From assembly GCA_036269195.1 (NCBI GenBank), contig DATASO010000016.1, positions 23,112-87,111 on the forward strand: 64,000 nt of DNA. The letters are read 5' to 3'. Positions 1 to 9,972 of this stretch are shown piece after piece. This DNA is from Rhizomicrobium sp. GTDB taxonomy: Bacteria > Pseudomonadota > Alphaproteobacteria > Micropepsales > Micropepsaceae. Each line of letters begins with the position of its first letter. Position 1 is the first letter of the stretch. The notes beneath the pieces were generated by a model. The model was not told the origin of the DNA, did not search any database, and was given only the letters and a program-made list of their open reading frames with translations. The position numbers and the translations under genes were made by a program.

Positions 1-1
1 A

Positions 2-544
2 CCGGAACCCGAGGCGCAGAACGAAGGCCTTCTCGGTCTCGCGCGGAAATTGGCGCAGCGCCCGCGAAGGAAAGAAAAGGAAAAGGAATCGGGCGAGCCG
101 AAATCTTGGCAGATGAGCACGTTATTGTCTGCAGTGGATTCCACCGGCGGCAAGCAGCAGGATCTGAAACCCGGTGCTGCCGCCGCGCTTGGCGCCTTGG
201 AAGCCGCGCTCGCGGATATCGCTGTCGATCTCGATGCCATCAATGTGGGCGGCGCGCCCAGCGATGAAGACTGGCGGCGCTATCTCGCCGGCGACCGCGC
301 GGTGTTCGCCCGGCGCATTGCCGATGGGATCGACGAGGCGGCCATGGCGCGGATTACCACGCTCAATCGCGAGAGCACGCGGTTTCGCGAAGCAGCGAAT
401 TCCTACATGGAAGAATTCGAAGCGCTGCTGGAGCGCGCGCGGCAGGGCGACAATGGCGGGTTGCTCGCTTCTACCATGCTGAGCGCCGACACCGGAAAGA
501 TATACCTTGCTATCGCTTATGCTCTGGGGCGCCTCTCACACTGA
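2..544 (+). CDS. hypothetical protein; 3' part of an ORF open to the left window edge (first in-window starts TTG 50 / ATG 113)
   Basis: The frame is open from nt 2 and GC-rich third positions look coding. No family recognised. It overlaps the rsmB 3' end convergently by 9 nt. Confidence 0.4.
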   Translation, partial: PEPEAQNEGLLGLARKLAQRPRRKEKEKESGEPKSWQMSTLLSAVDSTGGKQQDLKPGAAAALGALEAALADIAVDLDAINVGGAPSDEDWRRYLAGDRAVFARRIADGIDEAAMARITTLNRESTRFREAANSYMEEFEALLERARQGDNGGLLASTMLSADTGKIYLAIAYALGRLSH

Positions 545-1837
545 ATGCTTGAGCCGCGCGGCGTAGAAGCCATCCATTCCGCCCTGCTCGCCCAAGTGAC
601 AGGGAAGTGTGCGCAGATCGCCGTCTGAAATCAGCTCAGCCATGCCCAACACCTCCGAAGGCGCAATCGGCTCGCGCTTGAATTCAGGATGACGTTCGAG
701 GAATGCCCCGACCTGCTCCACGCCCTCTTCCGGTTCCAGCGAGCACACCGCGAACACGAGAACCCCGTCGGCCGCCACCATACTCGCGGCCGCATCGAGA
801 AGTTCAGCTGCAGAATCGGCGCAAGTATTCACGTCCGCAGCGCTCTTGATCCAAGGCAGATCGGGGTGGCGGCGGATGGTACCGGTGGCGCTGCACGGCG
901 CATCGAGCAAGACGAAGGGTGCGGGTGCTGTTGGCGCATAGTCGCGCAGATCGCTTTCAACCAGCTCTGCCTGAAGTCCAAGCCGGATAAGGTTCTCGCG
1001 CAGTCGCCGCATCCGGATGGGATCGCGTTCTACCGCGACCACTTGCGCGCCCGCAGCGGCGAGTTGTGCGCACTTGCCGCCCGGCGCGGCGCATAGATCG
1101 ATGACCGTCTTTCCGGCAACATCGCCCAATAATCGTGCGGGCAGACTGGCGGCGAAATCCTGCACCCACCAATCGCCCTCTGCAAAACCGGGCAGGTCCT
1201 CAATGCGTCCGGGATTGCTGACGCGAACAATTCCACCGGCAAGCGAGATACCATCCGGCACAGCGCATGATGCACGCTTGGCATGAATGTCGAGCGGTGG
1301 CGGCGACAGATGCGCACCCGCAATATCGCGGGCGGTGTATTCGCCATAGATATCCTGCCAGCGCGACCACAACCAGTCTGGCGTGTCGAGGCGTGGAACG
1401 TCCTGTGTGGCAATCACGGCTTGCCCCTCGCGCGCAATGCGCCGCATCACGGCATTGATTAGTGGCTTGAAATGAACGGCATTGTCATCGCGCGCGGCGA
1501 GCTCGTTCGCGGCATCGACCGCTGCGTGCGGAGGAACGTTCAGAAACAGCAATTCGCAGGCGCTTGCGAGAAGAATCTCGTACGCCGATCCGGCGCGGTG
1601 TTGCGGCGGCATCTTGCTCACGAAGGCATGCAGCAGCGCCTGCAATTGCCCGAACCGGCGCAGCGTCTCGGTGGCGATAGCGCGTGCGAAACCGGCGTCG
1701 CGTGGCTCCAGTCTGGCGGTGCCGAGAACAGCATCCACGGCATCATCCAGCGGACGCCGCTTCCGCAACACGTCGCCCAGGATCGATTGCGCGGCGGCGC
1801 GGGCCGGAATGCCGGCAACAGCTCGGCGTTGCGCCAC
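536..1837 (-). CDS. rsmB: 16S rRNA (cytosine967-C5)-methyltransferase RsmB/Sun family
   Basis: 433 aa with an N-terminal NusB-like region and a C-terminal SAM MTase carrying 'DLCAAPGGK' and 'DAPCSATG' motifs. Confidence 0.88.
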   Translation of the reverse strand: MAQRRAVAGIPARAAAQSILGDVLRKRRPLDDAVDAVLGTARLEPRDAGFARAIATETLRRFGQLQALLHAFVSKMPPQHRAGSAYEILLASACELLFLNVPPHAAVDAANELAARDDNAVHFKPLINAVMRRIAREGQAVIATQDVPRLDTPDWLWSRWQDIYGEYTARDIAGAHLSPPPLDIHAKRASCAVPDGISLAGGIVRVSNPGRIEDLPGFAEGDWWVQDFAASLPARLLGDVAGKTVIDLCAAPGGKCAQLAAAGAQVVAVERDPIRMRRLRENLIRLGLQAELVESDLRDYAPTAPAPFVLLDAPCSATGTIRRHPDLPWIKSAADVNTCADSAAELLDAAASMVAADGVLVFAVCSLEPEEGVEQVGAFLERHPEFKREPIAPSEVLGMAELISDGDLRTLPCHLGEQGGMDGFYAARLKHSV

Positions 1838-1838
1838 C

Positions 1839-2711
1839 TCAGCCCCAGGGGCCTGGCTTCGAGACTTGACCCATATCCGTCGCCATTGCCTTCAACCGTG
1901 CAATCCGTTCTTCCGTGGACGGATGGCTTGCGAAGAGGCTGGACAATCCGCCCCCGTGCAGCGGATTGATGATAAACATGTGCGCCGTGGCCGGATTCGC
2001 GTCGGCCTCCGGATTGTCGATGACTTCTGCCGCCGATTCGATCTTTTTTAAGGCGGAAGCCAACCACAAAGGCCGGCCGGACAGCAGCGCGCCCGAGCGA
2101 TCCGCTTCGAATTCACGGGCGCGGCTGACCGCCATCTGCACCAGCATCGCGGCAATCGGCGCGAGGACGGCGACGAGAATACCGCCAAGAAGTCCCAATG
2201 GATTGTTGCGGCGATCGCCGCCAAAAAACAAAGCGAAGTTGGCCAGCATTCCGATTGCGCCGCCGAGCGTTGCGACGATGGTCATGGTCAGCGTGTCGCG
2301 GTTCTTCACGTGGCTCAGTTCATGCGCCAGCACACCGGCCAATTCTTCGTTGCTGACCCGATTGAGCAATCCGGTCATCACACACACCGCCGCGTGTTCC
2401 GGATTGCGCCCGGTCGCAAACGCATTCGGCTGATCGTTTTCCGCGATGTACACCTTGGGCATCGGCAAACCGTCTGCTTCCGCCAGCCGCTTCACGATGT
2501 GCACGAGATCGGGCGCGCTGTTTTCGTCCACCTCGCGGGCGCCGTACATCGATAGCACCATCTTGTCGGAGTTCCAGTAGGCGAACAGATTGCTGGCAGC
2601 GGCGAACAGGAAGGCAATCACCATACCCGGGCCGCCGCCAATCACGTAGCCAACCGCGACAAACAGGCCGGTCAGCAGCGCCATCAGAAGTCCGGTGCGA
2701 AACAGGTTCAT
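1839..2711 (-). CDS. htpX: zinc metalloprotease HtpX
   Basis: 290 aa membrane protein with the HELSH zinc motif ('[12 protein letters not shown]') and a typical HtpX C-terminus ('[11 protein letters not shown]'). Confidence 0.93.
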   Translation of the reverse strand: MNLFRTGLLMALLTGLFVAVGYVIGGGPGMVIAFLFAAASNLFAYWNSDKMVLSMYGAREVDENSAPDLVHIVKRLAEADGLPMPKVYIAENDQPNAFATGRNPEHAAVCVMTGLLNRVSNEELAGVLAHELSHVKNRDTLTMTIVATLGGAIGMLANFALFFGGDRRNNPLGLLGGILVAVLAPIAAMLVQMAVSRAREFEADRSGALLSGRPLWLASALKKIESAAEVIDNPEADANPATAHMFIINPLHGGGLSSLFASHPSTEERIARLKAMATDMGQVSKPGPWG

Positions 2712-2753
2712 TGTCTTTTCGGATCTGCCGCTTAACTGAAGGACTGCGCTTGT

Positions 2754-2782
2754 GATGTAGGCTCCCCGCCATGGCGGTCAAG
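2754..2782 (-). promoter_or_regulatory. putative sigma32 (RpoH)-type promoter for htpX
   Basis: The minus strand reads CTTGAC (2782..2777), a 15-nt spacer, then CCTACAT (2760..2754), about 40 nt upstream of the htpX ATG. This resembles the alphaproteobacterial CTTG-N17-CyTATnT consensus. Confidence 0.35.
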
Positions 2783-2968
2783 AACAGCAGGAAAGCCGAG
2801 ATTGCTGCCCGAATTCGGGAAGCGGGAGAGCGCGCACGAGCGGAAGCCGAAGCGCGGCGCAAAACCGTGCAGACCGGTCCTCTTTCGCCAGAAGTGAATG
2901 GGCCGAAAGGCCTCGAACCCACCCGTTTCGGGGACTGGGAGCGCAAGGGCATCGCCTCGGACTTCTGA
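2771..2968 (+). CDS. DUF1674 / SDHAF4-like small protein
   Basis: 65 aa ending '[22 protein letters not shown]', the signature C-terminus of DUF1674 proteins. Confidence 0.8.
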   Translation: MAVKNSRKAEIAARIREAGERARAEAEARRKTVQTGPLSPEVNGPKGLEPTRFGDWERKGIASDF

Positions 2969-3043
2969 TCGCCTTGATCCTGCCGGCCGGCAAGTCCATG
3001 TAGGGTGAAGGAGAGGCGTGGCTAGCGCGCGCCCACAGGTCTC

Positions 3044-3610
3044 ATGTTTATTCAAACCGAAGCAACGCCCAATCCGGCGACTCTCAAATTCCTGCCTGGC
3101 CGTGAGGTCATGGGCAACGGCTCTGTTGCCGACTTTCCGGACCGGGACGCCGCGGCGCGTTCGCCGCTGGCTGCCGCGCTGTTCGAGATTGACGAGGTGG
3201 CGCGGGTGTTCTTCGGCTCGGATTTCATTTCGGTGACGAAGTCCGGGGGCGACTGGCGGCATCTGAAGCCACCGATTCTCGGCACGATCATGGAGCATTT
3301 CACTCGTGACATGCCGCTGTTCGAAAGCAACGCCGAAGAGTCCGCGGAAGCAGAAGAGAGTTACTCCGAAGAAGACGCCCAGGTGGTGGGGCAGATCAAG
3401 GAACTGCTGGATACGCGCGTTCGCCCGGCGGTGGCGAACGATGGTGGCGACATCATCTTCCGTGGTTTCGACGGCAAGACCGGTATCGTGTCGCTCCACC
3501 TTCGCGGCTCGTGTGCGGGCTGCCCCTCATCCGTGATTACATTGAAGAACGGGATCGAAAACATGCTGCGCCACTATGTCCCCGAAGTGAGCGCGGTCGA
3601 AGCCGTCTGA
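3044..3610 (+). CDS. NifU/Nfu family Fe-S cluster scaffold protein
   Basis: The N-terminus 'MFIQTEATPNPATLKF' is an Nfu_N domain. The C-terminal NifU domain carries the CxxC motif 'GSCAGCPSS'. Confidence 0.9.
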   Translation: MFIQTEATPNPATLKFLPGREVMGNGSVADFPDRDAAARSPLAAALFEIDEVARVFFGSDFISVTKSGGDWRHLKPPILGTIMEHFTRDMPLFESNAEESAEAEESYSEEDAQVVGQIKELLDTRVRPAVANDGGDIIFRGFDGKTGIVSLHLRGSCAGCPSSVITLKNGIENMLRHYVPEVSAVEAV

Positions 3611-3627
3611 TCCCACGCGCTGCGCGC

Positions 3628-4305
3628 ATGAAAATCCTTGCGGTCGATACGGCCTTGGGCGCCTGCTCCGTAGCCGTGCTGGATGGCGAAGCCGTGCTGG
3701 CGCACAGGTTTGAATTTATGGAGCGCGGCCACGCAGAAGCTCTGGCGCCAATGGTTCAGGCCTCCATGCGCGAGGCGGATATTCGCTTCGGCGATCTTGA
3801 GCGTCTTGCCGTCACGACCGGGCCCGGAACCTTCACCGGCCAACGCGTCGGCATGGCGCTCATGCGGGGGCTGCGTGTTGCGCTGAAGCTTCCGCTGATC
3901 GGAATCACCACGTTGGAAGCGATGGCGCGCGCAGCGATGAAAGAAGCGGGGGCGCCGCTTGGCGCCGCGTTACACGATGCGAAGCGCGGCGAGGTCTATG
4001 CGGCACTCTACATGGACGATGCCGCTCTCTTGGAACCATTGCTCTTGCCGCTCGGCGATGCCGTTCAGAGCATTTGGGACAGCGTTGGAAAACGTGGTGA
4101 GATGCTGGGATTCGCCGGTACCGCAGCCTCGGAAGCGCGCGAGCGTTGGATGGCGCTTGGCGGCACCGCGGATGTTACCGGCATCATAGCGCCGGACGCG
4201 CTCTGGGTCGCCCGGATTGCCGCGATGACCACTCCCACCGGCGACGCGCCGCGGCCGCTCTATCTGCGTCCGCCGGATGCACGCCTGCCGGTTGGTCCCG
4301 CGTGA
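3628..4305 (+). CDS. tsaB: tRNA t6A37 biosynthesis protein TsaB
   Basis: 'MKILAVDTALGACSVAV' is a typical TsaB N-terminus. Start set at ATG 3628 inside the longer track ORF. It overlaps rimI by 4 nt. Confidence 0.85.
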   Translation: MKILAVDTALGACSVAVLDGEAVLAHRFEFMERGHAEALAPMVQASMREADIRFGDLERLAVTTGPGTFTGQRVGMALMRGLRVALKLPLIGITTLEAMARAAMKEAGAPLGAALHDAKRGEVYAALYMDDAALLEPLLLPLGDAVQSIWDSVGKRGEMLGFAGTAASEARERWMALGGTADVTGIIAPDALWVARIAAMTTPTGDAPRPLYLRPPDARLPVGPA

Positions 4306-4805
4306 TTGAATTTACTCCAGCCGAACTGTCCGATGCGTCGGTCCTGGCCGCCCTCCACGCTCGGTGCTTTGAAGATCGCTGGAACGAGATGGCGTTTCGT
4401 CAACTGATAAAGGCGCGGGGCGTCCAGGCCATCCTCGCGGACGCGAATTCAGGCGATCCCATCGGCTTCATTCTTGTTCGCGTTGCGGCGGATGAATGCG
4501 AAATTCTGTCGCTCGGTGTGGCGCCGGAGAGGCGCTGTCATGGCTTGGGAAGTCAGCTTGTCCAACAAGCCGCACACGGAGCATATAGGTGCGGCGCGCG
4601 TGCGATGTTTCTGGAAGTGAATGTGAACAACACAGCGGCCAAACAGCTCTATCAAGAACTCGGCTTCAAAGAAGTCGGCCGCCGCATTGGTTACTACCAG
4701 AGTTGCGACTCGCTCGCAGATGCATTGATCCTTCGCCGCAGCTTGCCAATTCCCGCATGGGAATCGTCCGATAATTCGTCTAGTGTGGCGACGGAGCGAA
4801 CATAA
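4302..4805 (+). CDS. rimI: ribosomal-protein-alanine N-acetyltransferase RimI (GNAT)
   Basis: GNAT motif 'RRCHGLGSQLV'. The GTG start overlaps the tsaB stop (GTGA). The tsaB-rimI pairing is conserved. Confidence 0.82.
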   Translation: MIEFTPAELSDASVLAALHARCFEDRWNEMAFRQLIKARGVQAILADANSGDPIGFILVRVAADECEILSLGVAPERRCHGLGSQLVQQAAHGAYRCGARAMFLEVNVNNTAAKQLYQELGFKEVGRRIGYYQSCDSLADALILRRSLPIPAWESSDNSSSVATERT

Positions 4806-4812
4806 TCTGCCG

Positions 4813-5238
4813 ATGACGCGAATCGAAAAGCTTTGCGCCGACCGCGGCCTGCGCATGACGGACCAGCGCCGGGTGATCGCGCGCGTCCTGTCCGAAGCAA
4901 CCGATCATCCCGACGCCGAGGAATTGTACCGGCGCGCCTCTTCTGTTGACCCGCATATCTCGATCGCCACCGTGTACCGTACGGTGCGGCTGTTCGAAGA
5001 CGCGGGCATCCTGGAGCGGCACGATTTCCGCAATGGCCGTTCGCGATATGAGGAAATGCACGAATCGCATCACGATCACCTCATCGACGTGCAATCAGGC
5101 AAGGTGATCGAATTCCACAATGAAGAGATCGAGCGCTTGCAGAAGCGGGTGGCAGAAGAGCTGGGCTTCGAGCTCATCGACCACCGTCTTGAGCTGTACG
5201 GCGTGCCACGAAAGCCGGACAAGTCCAGCGAGCAGTGA
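4813..5238 (+). CDS. fur: Fur family transcriptional regulator (Fur/Mur type)
   Basis: Winged-helix motif 'ISIATVYRTVRLFEDAGI' and metal site 'HHDHLID'. Start set at ATG 4813, after the rimI stop. Confidence 0.85.
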   Translation: MTRIEKLCADRGLRMTDQRRVIARVLSEATDHPDAEELYRRASSVDPHISIATVYRTVRLFEDAGILERHDFRNGRSRYEEMHESHHDHLIDVQSGKVIEFHNEEIERLQKRVAEELGFELIDHRLELYGVPRKPDKSSEQ

Positions 5239-5244
5239 GGCGAG

Positions 5245-6120
5245 ATGCAGCCCCTGCGTGCGACCGTTCTTCTGTTTGTTTTCTTTATTGCGACGCTGAC
5301 CCTCATACCTTGGCAATGGTCCGCGCTAAAACTCGGTCTGCCCCGGCGCAGGACGTTCCCGCATAGCTATCACCGCTGGCTTTGCCGCCTGTTTGGCATC
5401 CGGCTGACAGTTATTGGCAAGCCGGTTCAGGATCGCGGCGTGCTGATGGTCGCGAATCACACCTCGTATTTTGACATCATCGTGCTTTCCGGCGCGGCGC
5501 AGGTGTCGTTCGTGGCAAAGAAGGAGGTGGACGGCTGGCCGCTCTTCGGCACCCTGGCGCGCCTGCAGGAAACCCTCTTCATCGAGCGGGACCGCCGAAG
5601 CCAGACGCTCACCGCGCGCGATGAAATCCGCAAACGGCTGCAGCAGGGCGATGCGCTGGTGTTGTTTCCCGAAGGAACCTCTAACGACGGCAATCATGTG
5701 CTTCCGTTCCGCAGCGCGCTGATGGGCGCGGCGGAATCGGAGGTGGGAGTCGATGCGGAGGGGCATGTGCAGCACGTGCCGGTGCAGCCGGTTTCTGTGA
5801 CTTATGTAGGCCTGCACGGGGTGCCGATGGGGCGGGAAAACCGGCCGCTGTTCGCCTGGTACGGTGACATGGAACTGGTCCCGCATCTTTGGGAAGCAGT
5901 CGAAGCCGGGCCGTTCGATGTTGTGGTGGAGTTTCACCCGCCAGTGACGATCGACACCGCCGGCGGGCGAAAGGCATTGGCCGCCGCTGCCGAGACTCTC
6001 GTTCGGGAGGGGCAGGCGCGGGCGCTTGCGGGCGCTTACTGGGAGGCGCCTAAGGCCAGCGCGCTGGAACGCCTGCGCCGCCGCCGGGCACAGGCGGCAC
6101 TGGCGAAAGCCCCCGCCTAG
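5245..6120 (+). CDS. lysophospholipid (1-acyl-sn-glycerol-3-phosphate) acyltransferase family protein
   Basis: HX4D motif 'ANHTSYFD' and 'FPEGTSNDG' motif of the PlsC family, with an N-terminal TM segment. Confidence 0.8.
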   Translation: MQPLRATVLLFVFFIATLTLIPWQWSALKLGLPRRRTFPHSYHRWLCRLFGIRLTVIGKPVQDRGVLMVANHTSYFDIIVLSGAAQVSFVAKKEVDGWPLFGTLARLQETLFIERDRRSQTLTARDEIRKRLQQGDALVLFPEGTSNDGNHVLPFRSALMGAAESEVGVDAEGHVQHVPVQPVSVTYVGLHGVPMGRENRPLFAWYGDMELVPHLWEAVEAGPFDVVVEFHPPVTIDTAGGRKALAAAAETLVREGQARALAGAYWEAPKASALERLRRRRAQAALAKAPA

Positions 6121-6180
6121 GCCTTTCGCCTTGCCAGCGAACGGCACCATCGCGCATAACCGCCGCCCGAACGGCCACGC

Positions 6181-7536
6181 ATGAAAAAGCTGTTTATCAA
6201 AACCTACGGCTGCCAGATGAACGTCTACGATTCCGCGCGCATTGCGGATCTGCTGGCGCCGCTTGGTTACGCCGCTGCGGATACGCCCGACGATGCCGAC
6301 ATCGTCGTTCTCAACACCTGCCATATCCGGGAGAAAGCCGCCGAGAAAGTTTATTCGGAACTCGGCCGGCTGCGCCGCCTGAAGGAGGAGAAGGCCGAGC
6401 AAGGCGCCCACATGCTGATCGCGGTCGCCGGTTGCGTGGCGCAGGCCGAGGGCGAGGAAATTACCCGGCGCCAGACTGCCGTCGATATTGTGGTCGGCCC
6501 GCAGGCGCTGCATCGAATCCCGGAAATGATTGCACGGGTGGAACGCCAGCAAGGCCGGGCGCTGGAAACGGATTTCGTGCCGAACGAAAAATTCGATGTG
6601 CTGCCCGCGGCCCGCGCCGATGGCCCGGCCGCGTTTCTGACTGTGCAGGAAGGTTGCGATAAGTTCTGCACCTTCTGCGTGGTGCCTTACACACGTGGCT
6701 CTGAGTTCTCGCGGCCCGTTGTCCAAATCGAAGCGGAAGCGCGGCGTTTCGTGGAGCAGGGCGTGCGCGAGATCACGCTGCTCGGCCAGAACGTAAATGC
6801 CTATTGTGGCGCAAGCCCGGATGGAAATTCGTGGGGCCTCGCGCGCTTGCTGCATCGCCTTGCTGAGATCGACGGCCTGGAGCGGCTGCGCTACACCACC
6901 AGCCATCCCCGCGACATGAGGGACGAGCTGATTGTGGCGCATCGTGATCTGAAGAAGGTCATGCCGTATTTGCACCTACCGGTGCAGTCCGGTTCCGATC
7001 GCGTGCTTGGTGCGATGAACCGGCGCCACACGCGGGATCATTATCTTCGCCTGGTCGAGAAAATTCGGGTGGCGCGGAGCGATATCGCGCTCTCTTCCGA
7101 TTTCATTGTGGGCTTCCCCGGTGAAAGCGATGTGGATTTCGAAGAGACGATGGCTTTGGTCCGGGACGTGAAATATGCGCAGGCGTTTTCCTTCAAGTAC
7201 AGCGCCCGGCCCGGCACGCCGGCGGCCGCAGCGCGCAAGCAGGTGCTGGAGGATGTTAAGTCGGAGCGGCTTCAGGCGCTGCAATCTTTGCTTGCAGAAC
7301 AACAGGCAGATTTCGCGAAATCCTGTGAGGGACTTTCGATGCCGGTGCTGTTCGAAAAACGCGGCCGCAAAGCGGGACAGGCAATGGGCCGCTCGCCCTA
7401 TCTTCAGCCCGTCCATGTAGACGATGCCCAGCATCTGATCGGCGAAATCCGTAACGTGACAATCGTGCGCGCGCTATCGAACAGTCTGCGTGGCACTCTT
7501 GCACCGGCGCGACCGAGGGGGATGGCAGCGGCTTGA
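6181..7536 (+). CDS. miaB: tRNA-2-methylthio-N6-dimethylallyladenosine synthase MiaB
   Basis: '[12 protein letters not shown]' N-terminus, radical-SAM '[11 protein letters not shown]' motif and a C-terminal TRAM domain. Confidence 0.95.
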   Translation: MKKLFIKTYGCQMNVYDSARIADLLAPLGYAAADTPDDADIVVLNTCHIREKAAEKVYSELGRLRRLKEEKAEQGAHMLIAVAGCVAQAEGEEITRRQTAVDIVVGPQALHRIPEMIARVERQQGRALETDFVPNEKFDVLPAARADGPAAFLTVQEGCDKFCTFCVVPYTRGSEFSRPVVQIEAEARRFVEQGVREITLLGQNVNAYCGASPDGNSWGLARLLHRLAEIDGLERLRYTTSHPRDMRDELIVAHRDLKKVMPYLHLPVQSGSDRVLGAMNRRHTRDHYLRLVEKIRVARSDIALSSDFIVGFPGESDVDFEETMALVRDVKYAQAFSFKYSARPGTPAAAARKQVLEDVKSERLQALQSLLAEQQADFAKSCEGLSMPVLFEKRGRKAGQAMGRSPYLQPVHVDDAQHLIGEIRNVTIVRALSNSLRGTLAPARPRGMAAA

Positions 7537-8555
7537 GCCCAGCACAAGCGAAACGGCGCAAGCCAACCCGCGAGCAGGTCACGCTCGAATTTCCGGACAA
7601 TTCCTTTTTTGCCGCCCTTAGCGGCGCGCATCAGAAGAATTTCGTGCGGCTTGAGCAGAAGCTCGGCGTGCGGGTGGCTACGCGGGGCAATCTCGTCGCC
7701 GTCGAAGGTTCCGCTGATGCACGCGAAAGAGCAGCATCGGTCCTTCGTGCGCTCTATGCGCGCCTGGAAGCGGGCGAAGACATCGGCCCCGCCGAGTTGG
7801 ACGCAGAAATCCGCTTCGCCACGCACGAAGAGACCCGCGCCGATGGCGATTTCGGTGTACCTTCGGTGAAAACGGCATCTGGGCGCACAGTACGCGCCCG
7901 CTCGCCCGCGCAAAGTGCTTATCTCGATCTGATGCGCACGCATCCGCTCGTGTTCGGTATCGGACCCGCTGGTACGGGAAAGACCTATCTCGCGGCCGCC
8001 TTCGGCGCGCATCTGCTTTACGAACGTAAAGTGGAGCGCCTGGTGCTCTCGCGCCCGGCGCTGGAAGCCGGCGAGCGTCTCGGCTTTTTGCCGGGCGACC
8101 TACGAGAGAAAATCGATCCCTACCTCCGGCCGCTTTACGACGCGCTGTTCGAAACCATGGGCGAGCAATGCACCCGCCTGATGGAATCCGGAGTGATCGA
8201 AGTAGCGCCATTGGCGTTCATGAGGGGCCGGACGCTTTCGCGCGCTTTCGTGATTCTCGATGAAGCACAGAACTGTACATCGGCGCAGGTGAAGATGTTC
8301 CTCACCCGGCTGGGCGAGGAAAGCCGCATGGTGGTGACGGGCGATCCCTCGCAAAGCGATCTGCCCGGCGGCCGGGCGGAAGGCTTGAACGAGGCGCTTT
8401 CCATCCTGGAAGACGTGGAAGGGGTCGCCACCGCGCGCTTCAGCGAAAAGGATGTGGTGCGCCATCCCTTGGTCACGCGCATTGTGCGTGCTTACGCGGA
8501 AAACAAAGACCTCGCGCTGCCGCAGCGATATCGCAAGAACGAGAACGGCGCGTGA
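7533..8555 (+). CDS. phoH: PhoH-like ATPase (YbeZ)
   Basis: Walker A 'GPAGTGKT' and 'ILDEAQN' motifs. Sits in the conserved miaB-phoH-ybeY-corC-lnt order. Confidence 0.9.
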   Translation: MSPAQAKRRKPTREQVTLEFPDNSFFAALSGAHQKNFVRLEQKLGVRVATRGNLVAVEGSADARERAASVLRALYARLEAGEDIGPAELDAEIRFATHEETRADGDFGVPSVKTASGRTVRARSPAQSAYLDLMRTHPLVFGIGPAGTGKTYLAAAFGAHLLYERKVERLVLSRPALEAGERLGFLPGDLREKIDPYLRPLYDALFETMGEQCTRLMESGVIEVAPLAFMRGRTLSRAFVILDEAQNCTSAQVKMFLTRLGEESRMVVTGDPSQSDLPGGRAEGLNEALSILEDVEGVATARFSEKDVVRHPLVTRIVRAYAENKDLALPQRYRKNENGA

Positions 8556-9049
8556 GGCCAGCAGTCGCAGGGAAGCGCGCGGCGCCGTCCATCGAAATCG
8601 TTATGGAGGACAAAAGCTGGCGCGGCGTTGCGAAGGATTTGCGGACGCAAATCGGCCGTGCCGCCAGGCTTGCGCTGTTGCATGCCAAGGCGAAGCTCTC
8701 GCGACCGGAACTCACGATCCTGCTAACGTCCGACGAGCGCGTGCGGACGCTCAATCGCCAGTATCGCGGCAAGGATAAGCCCACAAACGTGCTGTCATTC
8801 CCCGGCGCAACCGGTGCGTATCTCGGCGACATCGCCATCGCTTATGCCATTACGGCCGGCGAAGCGGAAAGCGCGGGAAAGCCGCCTCTGCACCATGTGC
8901 TTCATCTGGTGGTGCATGGCGTGCTGCATCTTTTGGGTTATGATCACGAAGCGCCGAACGAAGCAGGGGCCATGGAGTCGCTGGAAGCAGACATTCTCGC
9001 TCAGATGGGGGTACCAGATCCTTATAAGCGGCGGGGCCGCGCCGCCTGA
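8552..9049 (+). CDS. ybeY: rRNA maturation endoribonuclease YbeY
   Basis: Zinc motif 'HGVLHLLGYDH'. The GTG start overlaps the phoH stop. Confidence 0.92.
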   Translation: MRPAVAGKRAAPSIEIVMEDKSWRGVAKDLRTQIGRAARLALLHAKAKLSRPELTILLTSDERVRTLNRQYRGKDKPTNVLSFPGATGAYLGDIAIAYAITAGEAESAGKPPLHHVLHLVVHGVLHLLGYDHEAPNEAGAMESLEADILAQMGVPDPYKRRGRAA

Positions 9050-9054
9050 CAGAC

Positions 9055-9972
9055 ATGTCGCAGAACGACAATTCCGATATCAGAGCGCGCGAAAATGGCC
9101 GCGGCTTTTCCGCTTTCCTGAAACGCTTCAGCCAGGCGCTGCGGGGCCGCCACGCGGATTCCATCCGCGAAAGCCTGGAAGAAGTGATCGAGGAAAGCGA
9201 GCGGCAAAATCCCGAGCTGGCGCGGCGCGAGCGCGTGATGCTCGCGAATCTTCTCAAATTCGGCGAGCTGCGCGTGGATGACGTAATGGTGCCGCGGGCC
9301 GACATCGTGGCGGTCGATGAATCCATTTCAATTTGCGAACTGATTGCGAAGTTTCGCGAAGCGCAGCACTCGCGACTGCCCATTTATCGCGACTCGCTCG
9401 ATGATCCGATCGGGTTGGTCCATCTGAAGGATGTCGTTGGGCTGGGCGAGCTTGGTCCGGATGGCATCATGCGGTGGCCTGATGTACCGATTGCGCACGT
9501 CAAGCGCGACATTCTGGTGGCGCCTCCCTCCATGCCGGCTAGCGACCTCCTCGTGAAGATGCAGACCACGCAAATCCATCTTGCGCTGGTGATCGATGAA
9601 TACGGTGGTACTGACGGGCTTGTTTCTATCGAAGATCTTGTCGAGGAAATCGTGGGAGACATCGGCGACGAGCACGATGTGGACGAAGCGCCGCAACTCA
9701 CCGAACTTCCGGATGGCGGTTACGAAGCGGATGCGCGGCTCGATCTCGACGATTTTACGGAGATGACCGGTATTTCGCTGCTGCCAGCCGATTCCGAGGA
9801 GGACGTCGACACGCTGGGTGGGCTGGTGGTGGCGCAGGTCGGACGCGTGCCTCAGCGCGGTGAAATTGTCAGCCACAATGGCTTTGAGTTCGAGGTGCTT
9901 GAGGCAGACCCGCGCCGCATCAAGCGCTTGCGTCTGCGTCCGCCCGCAGCGCCACCTTCCAGCGCGGCATGA
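9055..9972 (+). CDS. corC: CBS-domain hemolysin/CorC family protein (TlyC/CorC)
   Basis: A CBS pair followed by a CorC_HlyC C-terminal domain ('VDEYGGTDGLVSIEDLVEEIVG'). Confidence 0.88.
   Translation: MSQNDNSDIRARENGRGFSAFLKRFSQALRGRHADSIRESLEEVIEESERQNPELARRERVMLANLLKFGELRVDDVMVPRADIVAVDESISICELIAKFREAQHSRLPIYRDSLDDPIGLVHLKDVVGLGELGPDGIMRWPDVPIAHVKRDILVAPPSMPASDLLVKMQTTQIHLALVIDEYGGTDGLVSIEDLVEEIVGDIGDEHDVDEAPQLTELPDGGYEADARLDLDDFTEMTGISLLPADSEEDVDTLGGLVVAQVGRVPQRGEIVSHNGFEFEVLEADPRRIKRLRLRPPAAPPSSAA

Noticed and set aside
5326-6975. 549-aa minus-strand ORF. Similar very long ORFs occur at 22029-23633 (-), 28777-30630 (-), 41769-43667 (+), 49223-50812 (+), 32492-33688 (+) and 39412-40416 (-).
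   Set aside because: All lie antisense to, or out of frame with, strongly recognisable genes (plsC/miaB, leuS, yidC, marC-CPBP-rplS, prolyl oligopeptidase, egtBD, Rieske protein). Their translations are Arg/Ala/Gly/His-rich low-complexity strings typical of shadow ORFs in high-GC DNA.
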